Source: Lama guanicoe (Eukaryota). From it: 64,000 nucleotides of DNA. The translations under genes were made by a program, and so were the position numbers. Under the pieces are notes generated by a model. That model searched no databases. It was not told the origin of the DNA and saw only the letters and a program-made list of their open reading frames with translations. Below are positions 1 to 10,200 of this stretch, one piece after another; within the stretch, counting starts at the first letter, position 1, and the number at the start of each line of letters is the position of its first letter. Location of the stretch: contig MU053873.1 in assembly GCA_013239625.1 (NCBI GenBank), positions 882,524 through 946,523 of the forward strand, read 5' to 3'.

Positions 1-463
1 TGGTGCAGGGAGCTGCAGGTCCTGGAGCAACCTGGGTACTGGTCACCTGTGAGGGCTGTACCCCAGGCCACAGCCAGAGTGGAGGGGCTGTGGAGACCGA
101 CCCTGCTATTCTGGCCCAGATGCCAGAAGCAGACTGGGAAACCTGAGGACCAGGCCAACAGACTCATTTCACAGGTGAGGAAACAGGCTTGGGGGTGGTG
201 GCGGTGGGAGGGTGGCACCCCAGGGTCTGGTGGCTCCTTGCTCTCCTGGCCTCTCTGACGCTGTAGCCATGACTGGACACCTGGGGGCTGCTCACCGACC
301 CTCACTCCCCAGCTGGCCCCTAGGAGCCCCGGCCTCAAAGCCCTGTTCTGCAGGTGGGTAGCGAAGGCCACTGAGAAGAGGGGAGAGGCTCCTGGCCCTG
401 CCCAGCTGCCCCTATCTAAGCACACAGAGACCAGGCTGGGGGTAGGGAATCGGGCTGGGGGCC

Positions 464-469
464 TTTATT
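464..469 (-). terminator. EMID1: EMID1 polyadenylation signal AATAAA (3' UTR about 445-1094)
   Basis: TTTATT on the plus strand; GU-rich downstream element (tctctgtgtg) near 421-430 on the minus strand. Confidence 0.75.
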
Positions 470-1094
470 GGCTGATATACATCTACCTCCTGGTGTCTGT
501 CACAAGCATTTGTGGGAGCAGGTGGCCCTCCCCTCTCCATACACTCACTACCCGGCCATGGGAGGGGCTGAGGGTTCAGGGGTCAAAACTGAGACTAGGA
601 GGTCTCAGTCAGATCAGGTAGCTTGACCTCAGAGAAAACAGCACCGGAAAACAAAGGGAGGAGAGGTACAGGCTCGCCCCCAGGCCTGGCTGGGGAGGAG
701 GGGTGGCGACACTGCGCTCCATCACCCCTGCCTGTGCCTGAGGGAGTTCCGACTCCCTCAGCTGCTTGGGGCCTGGAAGGCCAGGCAGTAGATGAGACAG
801 GAGCTGCCGGCTGCCACGCCCTCCCCGCAGGCCGGCCCTGCCCCTTCACAGAGGGAAATGGGCCCAGGGCCCTGAGCCTCGCCTCCCTCTCAGGCCCCAG
901 TCCCGGCCCAGCCCCATGGGGCAGACGTGCACGGGGTGCCAGAACCAAGACCTGCCTACCCCAAAGGCCTAGGTGGCAGAAGGGACCCTGAGGATATTAA
1001 TAAATATGGACGCACGGACCCTGGAGGCAGCGGGCCACATCCAGGCTGGGCAGGGAAGCCTGGTCCGGCCATACTGGAGGGGCCGCCACCACCC

Positions 1095-1219
1095 TCAGTC
1101 TCTCTCGTTTCGGCTCCTGGGGGCCACGATCCGGTAGTTGGCTGCGTATCCTCCCCTCTTGCCCCGCAGGAGGCTGGGGGTGCCTGTGCCGGCAGGGCCT
1201 GCCCCCGACCCCTCTGGTT
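1095..1219 (-). CDS. EMID1: EMID1 last coding exon ([41 protein letters not shown])
   Basis: Acceptor ccggcag, TGA at 1097-1095, matches the recalled EMID1 C-terminus. Confidence 0.94.
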
Positions 1220-4200
1220 CTGCCGGAGGGAAGGAGAGAGGCCGGGTTAGTGAGATCTGTGTGCAGGGCCCGCCTCCCCTCGGCCCACGGTGGGTGGAGG
1301 GTGGGCTCTCTGCCCTGGCTTCTGGGAGGCAGAGCTGTGGGAAATACGGGGGTCTTCACAGCTGGTTAGTGCCCCTCCTCCCAGGAGTTATTAGCCCTTA
1401 ACCCAGCTAGCACACTCAGGGCCTCTGATTTTCTCTGTCAAGTGGGGATGAGCGAATCCACCATATTTCTGAAATGATGAGCACATGTGAATGTTCCATG
1501 AAAAGTATGGCTTTTTCTCGTTAACACATTTTGGGGTGGACATGTGCCCTGAATCATCGCCATTTCACATCTGGGTAAACTAAGGTCAGGCATCAGACCC
1601 TTCCTCTCTCCTCGGGTTAGGCCACCTGTAGTGGGGAAGGGTTTAGGAAGGTCAGGCTCTACCACTGACCTGGGTGGCTTTGGACCTCTGTCAGGGCCTC
1701 AGGTTCTCATCTCTAAAACCAGGGGGATGATTCCAAATACAATGAGGCCCTGGCCAGCTCCAATAATTACTGAAGTCAATTCCAACTTGGCTATGGTGAG
1801 ATATGACCTAACCTGCAAATAAGCTGGCCTCCAAGAGTGAAACTGAATAATTGGCATTCTTCCCATCTGGAAAACTACTCAGCCTTCAAAACCCAGAACA
1901 GGGCCTACCTTCTCCAGGAAGCCTTCTGTGACTTTTACCTCAGTCTCTCAAAGTTAAATGAGGTGTTAGGTCAGGAGGATGGACTTTTTCCAAGGGAGAG
2001 GCCCAGGATGGAGGACTTGGCTGAGCCTCCAAAACCCTGTTCATAGGACGGACACTTGGACTCTGGGAGCACCAGCTTCCCACTGAAGGCACTGCCAGGG
2101 CAATGAGCTATACCCTTGTAACCTGTCTTGTGCCCTGACCCTGTGCGCTGTAGCTTCCCATGTACTTCTGGGCTGAGATTTGAGGCCCCTGGGGCAGACA
2201 GGTATCTGCGGTCACAGTCAAGGAACATATCGTGCCCTAAACCAGGGAGCACAGGAGGAGGGCAGCACAGAGCTCAGGTTCCACATCATCCAGGGCCAAG
2301 TCCTGGCCCCACCATGTCCCACTTAAGTGGCCTTGGGCAAATCCCAGAATCCTTGGGCCTCACTTGCAACATGGGGATGACACTCCTGTTGTCACACCCT
2401 CACAAAGTGTTTAAAATGACCAGGAGTGGAGAGTGGTTTCCACAGTAAATTCTGGATCACTATGGTCACTTGATTGGTGTGCTTTCAACCCGGTCTCCTG
2501 CAGGTCTGGTCACTGTGAGTGGGTCATGAGATGGTGTTCCGACAGGATCAGATGTAGGCCCTTGGTCTCCCCTGCCTGGGCCCCACTCAGTGCTGAGCAG
2601 AGCAGAGGGGTCAGTGAACCTTTGCTGATGGAGCCCAAAGAGCCAGCACTTTAGAGGACAGGCCTAGGGCAGATCCCTGACCTCACCATCACTATCCCTG
2701 TGTCCCTGGGGGAGTCACGCTAGCCCTCCGAACCTGTTTCTTCATCTCTGAAGTGCGCACGGTATCACCCACCTAGAAAGCTTGTTGCAATGACTGGAGA
2801 CAGTTGATGTAAATCCCCCAGCGCATGTGGGCTGGGTGTATGACAGCTGATAACTATTATCATTATTGACTAGAATCTAAACATGAGCCCCATCTGGGTC
2901 TTCCCTTAGCACCTGTTGTGTATGATGGGCCAGTGAGGGAGGTCCCACCACCTCTGCTCCTCTCCTCCCACACAGCCCCTTCTAGGCCCACAACGCACAC
3001 TGGCTTGCGGGGCCGCTCTTTCAGGCTCATGGCCACACTGAACCTGAGCCTTCCCAGGAGCCTGGTACTTCCTCCCCAGGCTGCCGGAGACAGCTGGCTG
3101 AAGGCGGGTGGGATACAGATCCAAGGCCACATCCTCCTGGCCCAATCCTCCTGAGAAGGGAGGTGGGGGACACCTGAAAAGGAGCTGAGAGCCTGGGATT
3201 TGGTCCCTGGTCCCTCTTTTGTGAGAGGGAAAGTCTGGGAGATGGTGACACTTTCAGAAGTTAGGGAAGCCACGTGGCCTGGGGAGAGGAGTTTTGGAAG
3301 CAAGACCCCGCACACCTTCCAGCCTCCAGGCCTTTGCCCACACCAGGCTCTGTAAGGGCTGCCTTTCCCACCTCCTCCTGGCACACTCGTAGGGATCATT
3401 CATAACTTAACACGGGCTCCATCTTCCAGGAAGGCTTCTCCGCTCACACACCCTTTGGCGCTACTGTACCCCATGACCCATGACCCTCATCTCTAGAGGT
3501 GTTGGGGATCCCCCACTCAATGGGCAGCTCCCCCAGGCAGGGACTCTGAGATCTGCCTCAGCACCTGCCCAGACCTGGCATGCTGTAGGTACACCCTACA
3601 GTTCTGCTGAATGAATGAGGCTTGGCTTTAACCTTGGCTCTCCTTCCTGCTTAGGGCCTCAGTTTCCCCATCTGTAAAACAGACGCGAGGTTGGGCATGA
3701 TGTCTGAAGCCAATGTGCACTGATGTGCTAGGACTGGGCTGTGAGATGGGGCAGCTGGAAGTGGGAGAAGGGCAGCTGTTGGGGTCTCTTCGTGGGTAGC
3801 TGAGGAATGGGGCTCAGCCCCGAGGGCCGCCAATCCCTGGTTCTCTCCAGGGCCAGCCACAGGCTTCAGTTTAATGCAGAGAGACCTCCTGAGCCCCACT
3901 GTGACAGCCAGGTAGTGTCTAACCTTCTGTGCCTCCCCAACCTACCTTTGAAGACCTCAAACAGGGCCCTGCCAGATCTTCTAGCCTGTTCTCACCCCTC
4001 GGCAACCTCACGGAACAATCCCTCTAGGTTCTCTCTGGCCTCTTGGCTTTTGTCCATGCTGTTCCTCTGCCTGTTCACTGTCCCTGGTCCTTGCCTTTCA
4101 TGTCTCCTCTTAGACACTTCCTCGTCCAGGAAGCCCTCCCTAGATGCCCTCTGCCATCTCCCCATCTATGTCAGGAGCACTTCTGTGCTTTCGTGGCTGC

Positions 4201-7200
4201 CTGTGATATTCCTCACCATAGGTTTAACAGCCAGTTCCAGGGCTCCCTTGCCAGCACCCTAAGCTCCACGAGACCAGGACTGTTATCTGTTGGAGCCTGT
4301 GCTCATTCACTCAAGAACTAGTTACTGGAGCTTTCTCTGTGCCAGGCACTGTCTGAGGGCTGGATGGAAGGGCTAAGAGCAAGGGTCTGCTAGCATGGGT
4401 CCAGCATTGGAAGGTGCCTTCTGTGTCCCCCAGGCCCTTCCTGGAAGGGGCTGCCCCTGCCTGCCCGCCCTGCCGTTACCTGGCCAGATGATGGCTTCCA
4501 GCAGGGTGACCCGTCTGGCCAGGAGCTCCAGCTGAGCCTGCTGCTGCAGGAAGCTCTGTAAGCTAGGAGCCTGATGGGAGATCGAGAAGAGCAGACGGTG
4601 CGAGTCCGGCCTCCGGGGTCTGGGCCAGGGAGCCAAGGGCGGGGGCAGGGCTCCTAGGCAGGAGCCTGGGCAAGTCTCAGTTGAGACCCTGGTCTCTCCT
4701 TCTAAGTGGGGATGGGACTGGCCTGGCTCCTCAAGTGACCAGATGGGTGATGAACTGGTGGGTGAATGCCTGGGGAAGGGTCTCAGCCCACTAAAGGGGA
4801 ACGCTGGGGCCAGGAGAGCCTGCTCAGTGAGAGCCTCTGGGGTCGGAACTGATGGGTGGTACATTCCCCAGAGTCTCCTGGGGCCCGAGCCTGGCTCTGT
4901 CACCCACAGCCCCCTGCACTTCTGGAGTCTAGCCCCATGTCTGTTGCCCTGTGGATGTGCACACTGGCTCTGTTCCCCACAATTTCTCTACAGCCAAAGC
5001 CTCGCTGGAGTCTTGGGTCCATTACCCATAATTCTCCGCTGGGCCTGGGCTCTGACTTTATTACCCACAATCCCCTGCACTGCTGCAGTCTGGCTGTTAC
5101 CCACAGTCCCCTGCTGCTCTAGAGTTTGGCTCCATTGCCCATAATTCCTTTCAGACTCGGAATCTGTTAGCACTGGTTCCCCTGCAGGCCTGGAAACCAC
5201 ATTACCCACAATGCCCAGAGGCCCGGGTCTGACCGCAGGGGTAGGGGCCCGGGTTGCTAGGGCCTCCGTTCACCTGTGGACAAGGGACCAGTCAGTCATT
5301 GAGGGAGGGGTGGTCTTGGCCTCTCAGGCCCCCACCTGCCTGGGGCAGGTCCATTCTCCAGCCTCTTGACTGGGGAAGGCTGGCGGGCGGGGGCTGGGCT
5401 GTCTGTCCGTCTGTCTGTCTCTACTCACCGTAGAGCCCAATCATTGTTTCCAAGATTAAAACCCTTTCAGCTAAAATCTTCAAAGCCTCGCGTAGTTGGT
5501 GCAACCCCTCCCCCTGTGGAGGAAAGAGACAGATGCAGCCGTGAAGGGGGCAGGGGAGGGGCCCTGCAAAGCTTCTTGGTGGCCCATGCCCCGCCCTGGA
5601 CATGCACCTGCAGCCCCGCACCACCTGCCGCAGCCCAGGGCCCACGGACAGCAGGGACAAGGCCAGGGGAGGATGGGAGAGGGATAAGGCAGGCGGAAGC
5701 AGCCCCCTGGTAAGATCCCACCCAGCTGGCTGCTCTCTCCCCACAACCCTGCAAATCCTGCTGCGCTGGGGGCAAAGGAGGCCAGTCTGCAGGGCAGCGC
5801 TGCCTTCCCCTGCCCCGGAACCTGCCCTGGCCCCTCCCCCAGCTCTGTTGCCTGAAACCAGTTGTTCTCACATCATCTGCATGATCCCTGCCACATCCCT
5901 GGGCCACTTATACTTTTGTTTACCTAATATTCTTTAAATTGACCCAATTTTGCCTTATATACTACGTTTGTCTCATCCTAATTAACTCCGTCAGTGGGAT
6001 CAGGCTATTTACCAACATCCTTCCCATTCACTTCAAAACGAACATACGAGTAAAATTACAAAATGTTTGAGGGCTTCGCTGTTGGGAAGCTATGCTTTAA
6101 ACGCTGGCAAAGCTGAAGTTCAGGCCCAGGTGCCCCCTCCACAGCCTCTGGGCTCATACCTCCCTGAGCTGTGACTACTCCAGGTCCCTACACTGCTCCT
6201 CCTAGTGCCCTGGCCTCAGCCCCGCCCTCTCTTCTCAGCTGAGTCTCCAGCATCCACACCCAGCAATGCGGCAGTAGCCCACAGGCCAGCAGCCCCTGGC
6301 CTCCCTGCTCTGGGAGTCTCCTTTCTCAAGTGGTGCCAGCTGCTGCCTAGGGCTCTGGCCAGGGACCACAGCTGGCCCTCACCTTCACTCCCTCCCAATC
6401 TGTCCTTTCCTTCCCCAGCACCCAGTCCATGGTCTTGTCAAAACTCCACAGCCCCTCACTCCTTCCTCTTCCCTAGTCCAGACTGAAGCTATTCCAGAGT
6501 GTAGAACTCTTAATTCCGACAGAGCACCAGGGTGGCAAATAAACTATTCCAGCCCTGACAGATCTGGGCGTCTCTCTCACAGTCCTTTACTTAGTACAGG
6601 TTAAATGAAGGGATGCTGTATAATATACATCTTGGTACAATCACTACCTTCAAGGTTGCTGTTCCCACAAAAACATCAAACAACCCAATGTGTTCTAAGT
6701 GAGCCCACTGAGGCCATGCTGGGACTGTCCGTTATGATCCAGGTGTTCTGTCCACGTCATATGGATGGGGCTACCCTCAGGCCACCAACTGGCCATCAAG
6801 CCTGGGGGTCACAGGGTCACCAAGGGCTGCACCCTAAAGTAATCTCTCTTTAAGCATTACCTCCATCTAAAAATGGATGGGCTCCACAAATTACATTAAG
6901 CCACTGCTGGCATGGACAGTGGGACAAGCTGACATCACGAGCCTCCTGAGCAGATGCAGTAAGAGGGCACTGCATCTCCCACCAGTGCGCTGGCCAAGGG
7001 TATTGAACCTGCATCTCATCACCAGGGAACAATCAGACAAATCTAGACAGTGGGATAGTCACAAAAAGACAAAGACAAGAAAAAGAAGAAAAAGGCAGGG
7101 GGCCTGTTCTAGGTTGAAAGAGACTAGAGAGAAATTTATGGCAACCAAAGGCAATACATGAATCTTGATTTTTTTTTTTGAAAACCAGCTACAAAACACA

Positions 7201-10200
7201 TTTTGGGGACAACTGGTAAAATGGATACATAAGCTGTATATTAAGAGGCGTCACTTCAATGAATTAATGTCACCTTGCTGTCACAGTGGTATTGTGGTTC
7301 TTTGGGAGAAGGCCCATATTCTTTCAAGACACACTGACGTGTTATGGGAGATATGGATGAGGTTTGCAAATTACTTTCAAGTGGATTAGAACAAGGGCTG
7401 TAAATATATACAGATAGAGCAAATGTGGCAAAGTACTAATAATTGATCAGTCTAGTAGAAGGGGACAGCTTTTCTGTTTGAAATTTTTTAAAGTAAAAAT
7501 CTAGGGGAAAAATTTTAAAAAATTCTGGTGAGTGGCCTGCTGTTTGCACTGGTGACACCCCAGTCCCCTCCCAGCCTGGCCTGAGTGTCCAGGGCCTGCT
7601 GGATACCCCACTTGGCTGTCACACAGACGTTTCCCATTTTCCATGGACAAAACTCAGCAGGCTGCATCTCCTGGCTCTTTTACTATTGTAAACATCTCCC
7701 TTAACTTCTCGCTCCCCCTCACAGCCAGGCTAGCACCCAAGCGTTTCTTAGCTTCACTGACATCTGCCCATCCTCTCTGTCCCCCCTCCCGGTTCAAGCC
7801 CCCAGAGTCTCTTGCCAGGATGACCGTGACAGCCTCCAGCCTAGTCTCTCTTTCGGCTACCACATTGCTCTCTTCTCCCATCCGTTCTCCACACGGCAAT
7901 CAGAGGGATCTTTTGCAAACAAAAATGTGATCACTTCATTCCTCTACTTATAAATATTTCAATGACTCCCCACTGTCCATAGAGCAAAGTTCAAATTCCT
8001 CAGCTTGGCCTCTTATGTGCTAAAAGCCCCTTTGACCTCTGTATCACCCCTTGCCTGACACACTCTGCCACGGCAAGTATTTGCAGCTCTTCAATCACAA
8101 CCAGGCTCACTCGTGCCCCAGGGCCCTTGCATGTGATGTTCCCACTCCTCTGCCTGCATACCCTTTGTCTGGTTAGTGCACCTTTCAGGCTTTAGCCTGG
8201 GTCCCCTCATCCAGGAAGATGCTAAATCCTCCCACATCACAGCTGAGCTCCCCCGTCCTGTCACTGCTGGTACTGGTCTGTTTTCCCCCCACCCCACTGT
8301 GACCATCCTGAGAGTGGGGACTATGTCCAAAATACATCTATTGCCACAGTGCCTAGCCTGGGGCCTGGCACCTATCAAGGAGGTGCTTGGGGAAAGTTAG
8401 ATGGCTCCTCCAGTCCTGGGAGCTGAAAAGCCTGGGCTTCAGCTCCAGTTCTGCCAATAAGTCGCTTTATGGAGTTGTGCGTCAGTTTTTCCTGTCTAAG
8501 TAAGGGGTAGAAGCTTTGGTGTAGATGGGCCAGCTCAGCCCTGTCGCTCCGAGGCAGTGCCTGCAGTGCATCCTCATAACCACCGGGTGTCACTGCTGAG
8601 TCACAGCCAGATCAATAGCTCCAGAAGCTTCACTAAGTGGGGGTTGGTAGGTGGATTTGTGCATAGGAGCTGTCAGGGCCCTTCCCCACATGAACCTCAT
8701 CCCCACCTGCCCCCAACAGAGCTGGTCCCCCAGCCCCCAAAGCCTCATGCAGCCCCCAGGCCAGCGGGTCCCATCCCAGGCGGGCAGCAAGCAGGGGCAG
8801 GAGAATGGGTGAAGGGGAGGCAGGTGGATGGGCAGGGGCCCTGCTACCTCTTGGGGGGCCCCCTCCCACAGGTGGTCCTGAGTTTGAGGCCTGTTCTGGG
8901 AGAGTTCAGGCATCTGTTCTGCATGGGGTCCCAGATGGAGCTGCTCAGCCTAATTCAGCCTTCATCTCACCTCTCCCTCCTCCCCTGGGCTGGGTGAAAA
9001 ATGTTTCCAAACCAAGGGTCTCTGGCAGAGGCCAGTGAAGGGGCCTCGGGGAGGTAGAGGGCTGGCTGACCCCCACTCCTGTTCACGCCCGCCCCGTGCT
9101 GACAGGATGCTTAAGAGGCTCTGGAGTGCGTAGTGGGTGGAGGGGGGTGAGGGAGCAGGGTGGCTGCGAGGGGCTGGGAGAGGCTTGCCAGAGAGGTAGC
9201 AGGGCCCCAGAAGTCATGGAGAGCCATGGGGGAGGGCTCGTGCAGGGTGGGGGGCTCCCACGGCTGAATCCGTCACTGACCCCACAGTCAGGAGCAGAGA
9301 GAGCAGGGCAGGCGCTGGGTGCTTCCCATGTCTTCATTAACTAGTGCCTGCCAGGAAGCAGGGCAGCCCAGCCAGACTGCACCGGGGAGAGGGGTGGGGG
9401 GACGGGGAGGCACAAACCAGCCTCCAAAAGAACGTCCCAGTTGTCTCTCCCGTCTGCCCCCATCCCAGCCATTTTCCAGATGTCTCCTGTGTCAGCAGTG
9501 GTTTCCAGGTCCCTGCCTTGTGGGGCTTTTGGTCCTCCCCCATGTGTCTCCTGGGTGGGGAGATTTCTAGGCCCTGAAATTCATTCAGTACAACTCTCTC
9601 ATGATTGTGAAGGTTTCTAGGTTCCCTTTCCCACTTACTCCATTGTATGTGAGTTTCTAGGCCTCCCTTCCCATTCTTCCTGGGCTGCTTTTGTGTACAG
9701 TGGTTTCTAGATCCCCTCGTCTTCATTTTCCATGGTTCTGCCATGCGTACGACAGCTTCTAGGCCGCTCCTCCCACTTCTAATGTGTTTCCTACGCATGT
9801 GATGGTGTCTAGGACCTCATGTTAATTGTAGGTCCTTTGAGTATAGTGGATCCAGGTCTTCTGACCCCATGTACCACGTACAATGTGTACATGGTGGTTT
9901 CTAGGCCTCCCTTCCTATGATTCATGGGTTTCCTATGTGTCTGGTGGTGTCTAGTTCCCCTGTTCCTTTTACCAAAGAGCTCCTGTGTACCTCAGCATTT
10001 CTGCCCCTCCCTTCCTTTGCTCCACGGCTTTCCTAAGGCCTCCTGTCCCATCCTTCTCTGTGGATATTGTTTTCATGTTTCCCCTTCTTCTGCAGACAGG
10101 GGAGCAGCAGCCAAAGCCCTCGCTGGGAGGGGACTCTGGAGGCAGGGGATGCAGTCTGGACTGGGTCAGCCCGAACTGCCCAGGAGGAACAGGCAGGGTC

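Noticed and set aside
1..440. RHBDD3 terminal exon expected from human synteny
   Set aside because: No recognisable RHBDD3 peptide or plus-strand polyA signal is present; it probably ends before the window.
640..647. miR-29 seed site in the EMID1 3' UTR
   Set aside because: The plus strand reads AGCACCG, not AGCACCA, so the seed match is imperfect.
2990..3110. Possible third alternative penultimate exon
   Set aside because: The splice sites are weak, and there is no heptad pattern or similarity to 14a or 14b.
4860..5220. Repeat-spacer pattern as a CRISPR-like array
   Set aside because: The context is a mammalian intron, the repeats are degenerate and irregularly spaced, the spacers resemble each other, and there are no cas genes.
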